Part shown: positions 11,474-23,939 of the stretch, piece after piece
Position numbering within the stretch: position 1 is the first letter of the stretch
Layout of the letters: every line of letters begins with the position of its first letter
Assembly: GCF_006345805.1 (NCBI RefSeq)
Contig: NC_042997.1
Coordinates: 133,300,001 to 133,364,000 of the forward strand
Length of the DNA stretch: 64,000 nucleotides
Reading direction: 5' to 3'
Source: Octopus sinensis
Lineage: Eukaryota
Program-made: the position numbers and the translations under genes
The notes under the pieces: model-generated
What the model saw: the letters and a program-made list of their open reading frames with translations, nothing else
Told to the model about the DNA's origin: nothing
Database searches by the model: none

Positions 11474-11966
11474 ATGTGAGTACTTTTACTCGAGCAAATT
11501 TGATATTTGTGATGTATGGAGCAAGGCTCTAATGATCTTATAAACCCTCCTACGAACAAATAGCCTACACACCTCACGCATTTTACATTAGTTTTAGCAA
11601 TTTTCTTCAAATTAAAGCTAACGGCTCCGGTTTTAATCTGAAGTTGTTTAAACTGAGTTCAAACTGTTTGCAACTGTTTTTTTTAATGATCTAGACAAGA
11701 TTACTCGAAATCTCCATGATCTCGTCTGTGCTAAGTCCAATTTAATTTGTTGTTTACATGAATACTCTCTGATTCATGATACATTTCTATACTGTGGAAT
11801 ATATATAGACCATTTTATTCGATAAGAATATATATTTACACGATTTTGAAAGCATTTAAATTGTGAGAGAGAAAGAGAACATGTGAATGTCAAGATATTT
11901 ATATATTTCTAAATGTGTCTTTTCTCCTCTCCGTTTCTCTCAGTCTGTTTGTCTGTCTCTCTTTCA

Positions 11967-12039
<73 letters not shown>

Positions 12040-13065
12040 CATACACACACACACATACACACACACACATACACACACACAAGTGTTCGTGCGCGCTTTA
12101 TTACACGCTTTTAATCGTTTTACTTTCTTAATAATTTTGTGGCCATGTACCTATGTAAGAAATTAAAATCGTTAAATTATCGAACAAAATATGCTATGCT
12201 TATTCCTTCCAGCATTTACGTTTTGAATTTCTTTCAAATGCATCAATGAATCTCGTTTAGAGGATTTTAACTCTAATTTATAAAAATTCGTTTATTTTTG
12301 TTTATTTTTTTTTATTTTATGAATATCATCTGAGTTACTGAATTAACACTATTTAAAGAAGCATTATAAATTGATACAGTTAAAACCTATTTATATTCTT
12401 TTAAAACTACTTTATTTAGTTTAAAAGCCGTAGGAAACCGGTATGAAATACATGGTAATGATTTGATCTCCTTCAGTGCAGTTACCATAAGTTGAGTCAA
12501 ATTTCAAGATTTCAAGATTCTGTAAATGATTGGAATCGGTTTGAAGAATATTTCCGGCTAATGTGAGTTTCCTTACGGTATTGACAAACTGCAGGTTTCT
12601 ATCACATTTATAAAATGTCTCATTTTGTAAAATAGAATTTTATTTAACAAGTCACATGTATTATGTCGAATATTTCTAAAACGAATGAATTAATGCTATA
12701 CGTAATTACCACCGTATGAATTTCATTATACCTAAACAAAAAAACTAAATAAATATGGGAATTCTATGCATCTTTTTCTTTGTAATTCCTTAATTTCAAA
12801 TTCAAATTTTCTAATCCTGCTAACTGTTATATAGAAATGATTATGTCCCTTAAAATAGCTGGCATTGCAAGGGTAAATTTGAGTATAAAGCTTAAAACAT
12901 TACAACGAATTTGGTGTCGGTAGCAATAGCTTGGAGATTAATCCATCAAAGCTGTCAACTAGAAAAGATATGCTCGATCATTACTGGTGAGGCATTTTCG
13001 ATCTTCATTTGAAAAACAATTTCCCAACAACAGGTAGTTTGAGAATTATACTCTCTTTTTTTTTT

Positions 13066-13326
13066 TTACTCTTTTACTTGTTTCAGTCATTTGACTGCGG
13101 CCATGCTGGAGCACCGCCTTTAGTCGAGCAAATCGACCCCAGGACTTATTCTTTGTAAGCCTAGTACTTATTCTATGGGTCATTTTTGTCGAACCGCTAA
13201 GTTACGGGGACGTAAACACCAGAATCGGTTGTCAAGCGATGTTGGGGGGCAAACACAGACACACAAGCATATGCCACACACACACACAACACACGCACAC
13301 ACACACGGACACACACACACACACAT

Positions 13327-13361
<35 letters not shown>

Positions 13362-13516
13362 GACGCGCTTCTTTCAGTTTCCGTCTACCAAATCCACTCA
13401 CAAGGCTTTGGTCGACCCGAAGCTCTAGTAGAAGACACTTGCCCAATGTGCCACGCAGTGGGACTGAACCTGGAACCATGTGGTTGGTAAGCAAGCTACT
13501 TACCACACAGTCACTC
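13066..13516 (-). mobile_element. SINE family A, full length
   Basis: Colinear with the family consensus, with an expanded internal CA/TA repeat. Confidence 0.95.
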
Positions 13517-13724
13517 AATGGATTATATGTTCATTATAATCAGATATTGAGATTGCTGTTAGTGTTTAACCCTAGATTAGAAATGAAGACGCAGTTTCCC
13601 AAAACAAAGCTTTCTGGTCATAGGCTTAACATTTTTTCTTTAAAATTAGGACCAAACAGAACTACATAATCCAGTGTATCATTTCATTCTTTTAAGACGG
13701 TAGAGTGCCATGTGTAAAGATTAT

Positions 13725-13870
13725 TATGACCTGGCGGAATCTTTAGCATGCCGGATAAACTGATTAACGATATTTCATCGGTGTTTACCTTCTGAGTACA
13801 AATTCCGTTGCCTTTCATCCTTTTGTGGGTCAATAAAATAAAGCATCAGTGGAACATTGGGGTCGAAATT
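13725..13870 (+). mobile_element. Old SINE family B copy
   Basis: TTAGCATGCCGG..TTCTGAGTACAAATTCC..GCCTTTCATCCTTT. Confidence 0.6.
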
Positions 13871-14065
13871 GTGCAAGGAAAATACCACCAATTGTGCAAG
13901 GAAAATACCACCACCACCACACAAATCAGTAAAATTTCGGACAGAGAAAGAGAAGGTTCAAATAAATGTAAGATTTCCTTCGCCAAAGTTACAAATAAGT
14001 TTGAAGTTATTTTGTTAAAGGTTAAGGAAGAACATTAAAAGGAAGCTGAGAGGATTATAAGATGT

Positions 14066-14137
<72 letters not shown>

Positions 14138-14199
14138 GGAGGAAGGAAGGAAGGAAGGTCACACTAAACGTTCCTCAAAACCTGCTAGAGGCAACCGAA

Positions 14200-15005
14200 A
14201 AAAAACCCAATCATGTTACATATGTCTGTCCATGAGATAAAGAAGACTGGGGAAATACCATCAGACCGAACCGAGCTCTGCCTGAAATATATATGAAGGG
14301 ATGTCAGCTTTGTCTGCCACGCCCTAAAGTTCAGCTACATCAAGGTCATATTCCAGTCGGTATCACTAGCACAAAAGCACTCAACTGTCCCATTAAAAAT
14401 GGAGGAGTTCACTTTAATTTATATCTATCTGGGACAGAGAGTGATCCGAAAAAAAGCAAGTAACATTCCACAAGAAATCTATTTCTGGTGGGTAGTTAAA
14501 GCCGTTGTGCTGGAAGATCCTAGAGGTCTCCTTGAATTCCAAAAATCCAAAAAGGAGAACTGAGTTGGGGGTTGGAAATACTACAGCAAGTAAAACCAGA
14601 AACTCTAGAGAAGATTCTTGAACTAATAGAAATCCTTCGGGGCCAGCATCTGCAGGTGATCGTGGAAAAAGAAGGCCGCGATTTTACTTCTGTAGCGATT
14701 CAGGTCATATAAGGGTCTATTGCCCGAAGAAAAGAAGACAAGGAGGGAGAGAATGACCCGTAGCTACCATTAACACCACTACAACCAAAACAACAACAGA
14801 CACCACAACAAGGAGAGCAGAAGCAGTAGCAGAAGCAGCAACAAGACCTACAGAGGCAATTGGACACAACAGCATCCACAAAAATCACTACAGCGCTGGC
14901 AGCAGCTGCTGCAAGAACAGCGACTAGAGTGGAAACAACTGCACAACGTCAAGCAGAATGCACACCAGAAGTAGCAGCAACAACCACATTACAAACAACA
15001 ACAAC
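14200..15005 (+). pseudogene. Decayed LINE ORF1/gag-like fragment with CCHC-type knuckle
   Basis: LQVIVE / RRPRFYFCSDSGHIRVYCP (frameshifted, 14650-14730; first Cys replaced by Phe), followed by low-complexity Thr/Ala/Gln coding. Confidence 0.45.
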
Positions 15006-15074
15006 AACAGTAAAGTTGCGTACTGGGGTCGATCTAATCGCCTGGCCCCCTCCCCAAAATTTCGGGCCTTGTTA

Positions 15075-15643
15075 AAAGAATATTCCTAACAGCGGACCTT
15101 GAAGCAATCCAGAGAAGATTCACAAAGAAGATCGTCTCTTTGCAACAGCTCAGCTACTGGGAAAGGTTGAAACAGCTAAGACTCTACTCCCTGGAGAGAA
15201 GACGGGAGAGGTATGCAGTAATATATATCTGGAAGATCCTGGAAGGAACTGTGACAAATTTTGGCATTGAAAGCTACACCAATGCCAGAACGGAACGACA
15301 CTGCATAGTGCCAAAGATCCCAGCAATGCCATCACGCTTCAGGACCAGTTACTGCAACAGCCTGAGTTTCAAGGGCCCACAGCTTTTTAATATTCTCCCA
15401 AAGAGTATGAGGAACTTGCACGAAGTAGATGTAGGGTTTTTTTAAATCAAAGCTGGACCACTTCCTGTCGAGAGTCCCAGATGAGCCTACCACACGGCAA
15501 GAGGTGCAAATGAGGGTAGCTATATCAAACTCCATTCTTCATCAAGCACCACATATTAGAGGAGGCTCCTAGTAATAACAGTGTAGCGCAAAACGGCGGT
15601 GCATCAGCATGGTCGCAGCTCTGATCTGAAACTAAAAAAAAAA
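15075..15643 (+). mobile_element. CR1-clade LINE 3' end (RT C-terminus, 3' UTR, A-tail)
   Basis: LSYWERLKQLRLYSLERRRERY..GPQLFNILP..FKSKLDHFLSRVPDEP..SNSILHQ is the characteristic CR1 C-terminus; ends GGCGGTGCATCAGCATGGTCGCAGCTCTGATCTGAAACT(A)n. Confidence 0.9.
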
Positions 15644-16548
15644 TTTTCTGATAGTTAGGAAAAGAATATTCCTAACTACCTGTCTGATAATGATGATTAT
15701 AATAATCTACGAACTGGAGGGTCAATCTTAGGAATGAGCAAGTGCCGCATCTGCAATAGAGTATATGAAACCATTGCCCATATCACAAGTAGAAAAGAAT
15801 ATTCTTCATTTATTTTCAGTTGAATTTCTTTCTAATCCGTCTTTTATTCCAATCAGCTCGAATAGCTATTACAGCTTTAACCCGGCATAAACTGGAATTG
15901 GCTACACAACTGACTATCAGCAAGAGTCAAAGTTTTCAATTCCTTATTTATATGCATATTCCGCATAAATAGTCACTTAAGCATAGCATATTAACATTGA
16001 ATATTTAAGCGTACCATTCATCAGATTATTATACACGAGTATGCTTTGCATATTCTATTGAACATAAATAAGCATATTCGATTCCTATATGCTCAATTTG
16101 GATCTAATTTTACACGTTTTAATCAGACGTGAATTTAAAAGGGTTAAGTAACAGATATAGATAAACTTTACATACAAACTGGCAATTTAATTATTCTTGT
16201 CATTAACTAATTACTAATTAAGATGTGACAAGTATTTCGTTGATTATCAACAACAGAAAAAGTTAAATAACTTGAGTCACGTGCGCATCTACCTACACAC
16301 ACGCGCATAACACATCCACACACAGACACACACATACATATACACATGCAAATGTAGAAAAGCACGCGTATGTGAATATTTCTACATGTTTGCATGTGCA
16401 TATATTTATATATATATATATAAACACGTTTTATACGTATTATATTTACGCATGTGGGAACATATACGTACAAACACGAACACAGAACCGCAAAGACGTG
16501 CAGGTGTATATACATGCATAAGCACACAGTGATACATACGTACGTATA

Positions 16549-16597
<49 letters not shown>

Positions 16598-16741
16598 GTG
16601 TGTGTGTGTGTGTGTGTGCGTGCGTGTGTGTGTGTGTATGCACGTGTATATGTATATGTGTGTGTGTGTGTGTGTAGTTGTTTGCATCTAACACTGCTTC
16701 GGTTTCGCATAGTAGATTTATCTATGCATGTGTGTGTGTGC

Positions 16742-16791
<50 letters not shown>

Positions 16792-17304
16792 CAGGAGCAG
16801 TATTAAATTCCCATAGCTATAGAGCCATACAAACCCAGATCGTTTTTCCATGGGATAAAATGGTTTTTTTTTTTCCTTTGCCGAATTCAAGCCAATGACA
16901 AACAATGTGAGCAAGACGTTTTTTTGTTTAAGTGAAGACACTTCTTGGGCTTTCTAATTATCTGAAGTGGTTTCTGTGCACAAATATATGTGTGCATGCA
17001 TTTGTGCGTGCAAATATAGTTGCACACCTTGGTGAGTGAGCACTTCACTTTTTATACACATCTGTGTGTGTGTGTGTGTGTGTGCGCGCGCTTCATTACT
17101 GTCTTTGTGTGCTTGTGCGCATATATTTCGAATGTTCATATGGTTTCGCGCATATTTTTAACACAGAGACATCGCATGGAGAACCCCTGGAATATTTAAC
17201 AAATTTTCACTATCAAGTGTATTTGAAGAATGTGAATCTGGTTTCTTGGTTCACTTTTCAGAATCCCAGCATATCTAAGCTTCACATTGTTGTTACGTAT
17301 ACTT

Positions 17305-17712
17305 TTTACTCTTTTACTTGTTTCAGTCATTTGACTGCGGCCATGTTGGAGCACCGCATTTAGTCGAGGAAATCGACACCAGGACTTTTTCTTTGTAAGC
17401 CTAGTACTTATTCTATCGGTCTCTTTTTGCCGAACTGCTAAGTTACGGGAACGTAAACGCACCAGCATCGGTTGCCAAGCGATGGTGGAGAAACAAACAC
17501 AGACACACAAACACACACACAAATGTATATATATATACATACATATATACGACGAGCTTTTTTCAGTTTCCGTCTACCAAATCCACTCACAAGGCTTTGG
17601 TCGGCCCGAAGCTGTAGCAGAAGACACTTGCCAAGGTGCCAGGCAGTGGGAAGAACCCAGAACCATGTGATTGCTAAGCAAGCTACTTACCACACAGCCA
17701 TTCCTGCGCCTA
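17305..17712 (-). mobile_element. SINE family A, full length
   Basis: Colinear with the family consensus. Confidence 0.95.
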
Positions 17713-17744
17713 TGGTAGCTAATAACTACGAATATAAATATATG

Positions 17745-18290
17745 GCCTGGATATAAGAGCAGTATGTTCTCGTTTACACCAAGCAGCTTATCCCTTCAAT
17801 AGATTGCGTAATATCTGTGCCCTGTCCTATACCACAATATCTGGTCTCTTGTGTCTGGAATATTGCACTAGTGTCTTTTAGTTTTGAACTGAGGCATTCT
17901 CTGGTCCTGATGTACATTGGTATGGTCACCGGGACAATCTTTCCCTGTGGACAAAATTGCAGACACTTTTAGAGACTATGCTATGTCTAACGACAAGGTA
18001 AGCTTGCGAATATCTTTGGACAATTACATATTATACGGTAATATTTTCCTTACTAGTGTTGCATAATTGACATTTATCGCAACGTGGATATGTAGCGATA
18101 GCCTTATCTCTTTTATTGATCAAGTATTTAGTCGCTGCCTCCTGTTCTTGGACAACAAAGGAGAAAGCTTCTTGCTGAGATGTAATATATTTAACACAGG
18201 TACAAGGAAAGCTACTATTCCTGTCAATGTTGTTGGACTTCTTTAGCTTGCAGGATATGTACTTGTGCATAGCTTATTTTTGATATGATG
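17745..18290 (-). mobile_element. R4/Dong-like LINE fragment (zinc-knuckle/RLE region)
   Basis: FVVQEQEAATKYLINKRD..CDKCQLCNTSKENIT.. followed by a YLVVRH motif, parallel to the 35.8-36.1 kb segment. Confidence 0.7.
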
Positions 18291-18459
18291 AGAATTGCTC
18301 CTCTGTTTAAATAGATTAGTCCGGCCGCTTGTAGTTGATATGAAACAGTTGCACTACACTCTATGTTTGTATGTATGTACGTATGTATGTATGCATGTAT
18401 GTATGTATGTATGTATGTATGTATGTATGTATGTATGTATGTATGTATGTATGTATGTA

Positions 18460-19121
18460 TGGCAAGACTTCCGCACTTCCCCCAACAAAAAGAAACACTC
18501 GTATTTTAATTTTTTTTTTCGACACAAACCTTCCTTTTCGGCTACGGGGAATACGAATCTGCAAAAAAATTGGCAAAAATCGGCATTTTAAAATTACTCC
18601 ACCCCCGTTTCCTTAATTTTTTTTTTTTTACTTTTTTCAGAAATTTCTTTTTTTCAAAATATGCAGAAAAATACGAAGATTATGATCCTGAAAAAAATTT
18701 CCAAGAATTTTCGTAAAATTTTTTTATAAGAATTTTTTTTTTTCCAAATATGCAGAAAAATACGGACAAAAAATTAAAAGCATTCTATAGTTATGGTCAG
18801 GGTTAGAGCTTTAGGGTTAGGGTTAGGATTAGGGTTAGTGTTTTAGGGTTAGGGTTAGGGACTTAGGGTTAGGGTAAGGGTAAGGGTTTTAGTGTTTTAG
18901 GGTTAAGGTTAGGATTTTACGGTTAGGGTTAGGGTTAGTGTTAGTGTTGTGGAAAAAAGGCAAACTTGAAGAATTTAGTGGGGAAAGGGGGGGAAAGTTT
19001 AACAATACCGATTTTTGGCAATTTTCCGGAACATCGTATCCGAAGACGGGGGGTTTTGGCAAAAACAATTTTTAAATAAACAAATTTGGGAGTAACTGGG
19101 GCTGGGACGGAAGTCTTTCCG
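18460..19121. mobile_element. TA-flanked MITE carrying a degenerate (TTAGGG)n array (18798-18940)
   Basis: Ends TA-TGGCAAGACTTCCG and CGGAAGTCTTTCCG-TA are imperfect TIRs; subterminal IR GGCAAAAATCGGCATT / AATACCGATTTTTGGC; inserted in (TATG)n. Confidence 0.8.
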
Positions 19122-19729
19122 TATCTATGTACGTACTTATGTGAGTATGTATGTATGTATGTATGTATGTATGTATGTATGTATGTATGTATGTATGTAT
19201 ATACGAATGTATGTATGTATGAATGTATGTATGTAAGTGAGTAAATCTGAACACAAGCGGTACAGACACAGAGACATAAACTTGCACGTGAACGCACAAA
19301 TATGTTAACGCACAAATAGACAAATAAGTAGTCTGTATGTGAGCATAATATGTAAGTGTGCGCATGCGCGTGTGCTTTCGTATGCGTGAGCGCATGCGTG
19401 CGTGACTGTGTTTGTGTGTGTGTGTGTGTGTGTGAGTACATGAGACATACACTTGTTTAATTAATGTCGTTTTCAGAGAAACGGTGCACGTGATTACTCA
19501 GTTCGATAAACAAATAAAGAGACAGACAGACAGACATACAGAGAATCCAGAAGACGGGAATATTGGAAGCAAAGAAACGGAGAGAAAGAAAAGTGAAAGG
19601 GATAGAATGGGAAGGAGTATGCAAGAGAAGGAATAAGCAAATGAACCGGAATGAATGAATGAATGACAAATAGGAAAACAAGTAAAGAAGGATATAGACA
19701 ACTTGAATACATCTGCAGACGTGCATGCG

Positions 19730-20195
19730 CATATAATTATATATATATAAATGTGTGTGTATGTATACATATATTCATACATATGAATATATATGTATGT
19801 ATATATATATATGTATATATGTATATATATATATGTACATATGTAGATATATATATATACATATATACATATATATATACACACATATATATATATATAT
19901 GTTTATGTGTGTGTATGTGAGTATGTATGTATACGTATATATGTATGCATGTATAAAAATTTGTGTATGTATGTTTGTGTGTGTATGTATGTATATATAT
20001 ATATATATATATATGAATGTATGTATTATATGTATATGTACATATATATATATACATTTATATATATTTATGTTATATATATATACATACATACATACAT
20101 ATATTATATATATATAGTATATAATATATATATATATATCTATATATATACCATATAATATACTATATATATACATGCATGTGTATATATATATA

Positions 20196-20237
<42 letters not shown>
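19730..20237. repeat. Compound (TA)n/(TG)n/(TACA)n microsatellite block, representative of dozens in the window
   Basis: Direct reading; comparable blocks at 7200-7450, 10130-10475, 16550-16790, 36560-37020, 37960-38280, 39110-39400, 49130-49660, 58490-58830. Confidence 0.97.
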
Positions 20238-20239
<2 letters not shown>

Positions 20240-20428
20240 GTAAGGAAGAGGAAAAGCAAAAGCTAAATATACCGAGAAAAGTTACATATGTAGAAAGTAA
20301 ACGAAATCGTATACGAAAAGAACCAACGTAGCTTAAGGGAACGATAAAGATTGCATATGAATATAGAAAATATAGCATTACTTATATATATATACACATG
20401 CATGCGTATATATATGTATAATATATGC

Positions 20429-20463
<35 letters not shown>

Positions 20464-20604
20464 TAATGCTATATTTTCTATATCATATGCATCTTTATCG
20501 TTCCCTTAGCTACGTTGGTTCTTTTCGTATACGATTTCGTTTACTTTCTACATATGTTAACTTTTCTCGGTATATTTAGCTTTTGCTTTTCTCCTTCCTT
20601 ACCC
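20238..20604. repeat. Inverted duplication, ~145-bp arms (20238-20383 / 20461-20604), (TA)n-rich centre
   Basis: Arms are near-identical reverse complements; segment ATACACATGCATGCGTATATATATGTATA is directly repeated at 20392 and 20605. Confidence 0.9.
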
Positions 20605-20659
20605 ATACACATGCATGCGTATATATATGTATATATATAATGCGTATATATATATTATA

Positions 20660-20716
<57 letters not shown>

Positions 20717-21016
20717 CGTATATAATATATATATATGCAAAAACCACGCATATAACATAATATACAAATACAGTCTGCATATACTTACGCACATATATAC
20801 ACCAATAGAATATGAAATACCACAAAATGCTTATTTCTTGTCTACTTCTAATTCATTGTGGTTTTGGTTCGTTTTTTAAAAATATTTTTTAGTATTTGTT
20901 TTATATTTTAGTAGTACATTGCATTTCTTCTTTGAGGAAGTGAGCAGAAAGAATATAATTAAGTCCCAAATAACCATTCTATACATCTAAGCACATCTTC
21001 GGAGTATATATATATA

Positions 21017-21089
<73 letters not shown>

Positions 21090-21094
<5 letters not shown>

Positions 21095-21487
21095 ACTCAT
21101 TTAGTCATTTGATTGTGGCCATGCTGGGGTGCCGCTTGTAGTCGAATCAAATCGACCCCAAGACTTATTCTTTGTAAGCCTAGTACTTATTCTATCGGTA
21201 TTTTTTGCTGAACCGCTAAGTTACGGGCACCTAAACACACCAGCATTTGTTGTCAAGCGATATTGGGGGGACAAACACAGATACACAACATATACACACA
21301 CATACATATATATATACACATATATACGACGAGCTTCTTTCAGTTTCCGTCTACCAAATCCAGTCACAATGCATTGATTGGCCTGAGGCTATAGTAGAAG
21401 ACACTTGCCCAAGGTGACAGGCAGTGGGACTGAACCGGAACCATGTGGTGGTAGCAAGCTACCTTACCACACACCCACTCCTGCGTC
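21090..21487 (-). mobile_element. SINE family A, full length
   Basis: Colinear with the family consensus. Confidence 0.9.
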
Positions 21488-21495
21488 ACATATAT

Positions 21496-21561
<66 letters not shown>

Positions 21562-21813
21562 TATATATATATATATGTATTTGTGTGTGTGGGTATGTGT
21601 ATATGTATTAAATTAAAGGATCTGTTAACCTTGTGAAGGGATGGCTGCATCCGAGGAAATGTTGACTCCATACCTGGTATTGTTGGGAATGAAATTCCCC
21701 TAAAAATAATACGTGTATATGAAGCATATTGTTTGTATCCAGTTAAAAGAAGAAAAGAAAATGGAGATACGGAAGTTATTAATTGTTTATTATTAACAAA
21801 TTGGTCATTTTCG

Positions 21814-21911
21814 CTTCTTACAGCTGTTTCAATTAATGCTCAATAATTTAATTACAAATTTGCACATTAAATTTGCATTTATGTGACATGAGAATAATTT
21901 CATCGGAGAAA
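21814..21911 (-). ncRNA. Type I hammerhead ribozyme motif (U4C core) with long AU-rich stem II insert
   Basis: Minus strand TTTCT-CCGATGA-AATTA-[~59 nt]-TAATT-GAAA-C-AGCT-GTA-AGAAG; stems I, II and palindromic stem III (ACAGCTGT) pair. Confidence 0.7.
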
Positions 21912-21969
21912 AAAAATATGTACCTTGGGATGTTATTTGTGGACCTATCAATATATGTCTGCAGTCTGT

Positions 21970-22221
21970 GAGAGGATTTGGTAGACGAAACTGAAAAGAA
22001 GCCCTTCGTAGAGATATATATGTGTGAGAGAGCGTGTGCGTGTGCGCTTGTCTCTCTAACATCGCTTCACAACCGATGTTGGTGTATGTACGTCCCCTAA
22101 GCTAGCGGTTCAGCTACAGAGATCAATATAATAAGTACTTAGTTTACAAACAATAAATCCTGGGGTCGATTTGCTCGACTAAACGCGGTGCTCAAGCATG
22201 GCTGAAAATAATAAAAGAGTA
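21970..22221 (+). mobile_element. SINE family A, 5'-truncated and diverged
   Basis: GATTTGGTAGACGAAACTGAAAAGAAGCCC..GGGGTCGATTTGCTCGACT..GCGGTGCTCAAGCATGG. Confidence 0.8.
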
Positions 22222-22477
22222 CATAACATCATATAATATATATATATAGATATATATATATATATATTATATATATATACATACATACATACATAACATA
22301 CATACAACATACATACATACATTACATATATATACATTATATATATATATATATATATACATACATACATACATACATACATACATCATACATATAGATA
22401 TATATGTATGTATATATATATATATATATATATAGTATAATATATTATATATATATATATATATTATAAAGTAATCC

Positions 22478-22665
22478 AAACATGAAACACAACAACGCGA
22501 GGACGTGGAGCAAATATATTATTATTGGACGCTCAGGAAGGAAGGGAAGAAGGAAGGTTAACGTTTCGAGCGGAGCTCTTCGTCGGAAACATAGGAGAAG
22601 GAAAGATCCAGAGAAGGGTAGACAGAGGAGAAAAATCGCCAACGGTACACACGCGGTCACATTTT
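22478..22665 (-). mobile_element. ~185-bp Penelope-like terminal repeat unit (copy 2) with minimal hammerhead motif
   Basis: Minus strand TTT-CCGACGA-A-GAGC-TCC-GCTC-GAAA-CGTT-AAC at 22557-22589; homologous to 5507-5680. Confidence 0.7.
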
Positions 22666-23350
22666 GACATACATATATACATACATACATAAATATACAT
22701 ATGAATCGCTAAGTTTGTCTGTGACTTCCAAATTTGGCTCGTAGACAAGTACATCGACTAGCCTGGCGAAATTGTGAGCACACGAGCACTGCTTTTCTTG
22801 AAATAATAATCGGTTTTCTGTTATTCTACTTAATTTTATCGAGTGACACTTCAATTAATGTTTGACTGTGTTATATTTATATCCGTACATAAAAGTATAC
22901 AGATATGTGTATGTATGAATAAATGTGAATAAATGTATATACATACATATATACATATATACATTTAGAGGTTCATATATATATATATATTTATACAAAT
23001 GTATGTGTATGTGTGCGTGTGTGTGTGTGTATGTATAAATACATATACATACGTTCATACATACCTACATACATACATACACACATATATATATATATAT
23101 ATATATACAGACACACACACACACAAACATATATGTACATATTTTTTCTTTGTAGCTTCAGCTCCGAGCTGTGGCCATGCTGATCCATCGACATTTATGT
23201 ACACTGTTATAACTGAGAACCTCCTCCAATTGGTTTATGGGCATGAAACGATCGTAGTGGTTTTACTCTTTATCTTATATTAAACTCTTAATACTTTTTG
23301 ATAGTTATAATATATTTTTTTTAAATAATAATAATAATAATAATAATAAT

Positions 23351-23890
23351 AGATGCAGTACCAGGCAGTGGGTCCATGGCTTCTGATCTAACTGATTGGA
23401 TGTGTTATCATGTACATTGTTTTGTCTTGGTATAAAGATGGGCTACAGCAAATATTCTGCCAATACCACAGATTTGCTTGTCAGTTGTTTGACCGTAACC
23501 AGTTGAGCATTTCCCTTAGGGCTGACGATATGTGCATCTCTGATCACGAGCAGAAGTAGTGGGGGAGCATCATAGCCATGTGCTGAGAGGGATCTTTGGG
23601 GTTTGAATAGTTCACCTCTGGAAAAATGGTGGTTCTTTCAACATCCTTAAACAACCCTTATTCAGGGACCGTTTGAGCGGGATGGGCTACTCAACCTGAA
23701 AAAATTCTAACTGGGCCCACCTTCAAGGTCATGTGCTGTTTATCTTGATATGAGATCACCATGTCGCGCACATATGGTTGTGATGCATGTGCCTGGTGTA
23801 CCTTATCAGACGGGTAGTCATGATGGGTATATTGGGCTTCGTATTTTTACCCCAGTGTCACTTTGATGGCATGAACTGCTCTCTCACTCA
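23351..23890 (+). mobile_element. Non-coding retroposon-like insertion flanked by (TAA)n on both sides
   Basis: Complex 540-bp sequence of higher GC content bounded by (TAA)n at ~23326-23350 and ~23890-23965; likely a LINE 3' UTR or SINE. Orientation inferred. Confidence 0.5.
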
Positions 23891-23906
23891 ATAATAATAA
23901 TAAATG

Positions 23907-23939
<33 letters not shown>

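Noticed and set aside
15877-16147. piggyBac-like MITE (TTAACCC..GGGTTAA)
   Set aside because: Ends agree only over CCC; no real TIR.
18798-18940. True telomere or chromosome-fusion scar
   Set aside because: The arrays are short, degenerate, single-orientation and enclosed by TIRs.
20270-20330. Hammerhead in the 20.2-kb inverted repeat (CCGAGAA..GAAATCGTATACGA)
   Set aside because: Needs several core changes and lacks a valid UH site with stem I.
23205-23262. CTGAGAA..GAAACGATCGTA hammerhead-like text
   Set aside because: Stem III signature present but stems I and II do not pair; at best a dead remnant.
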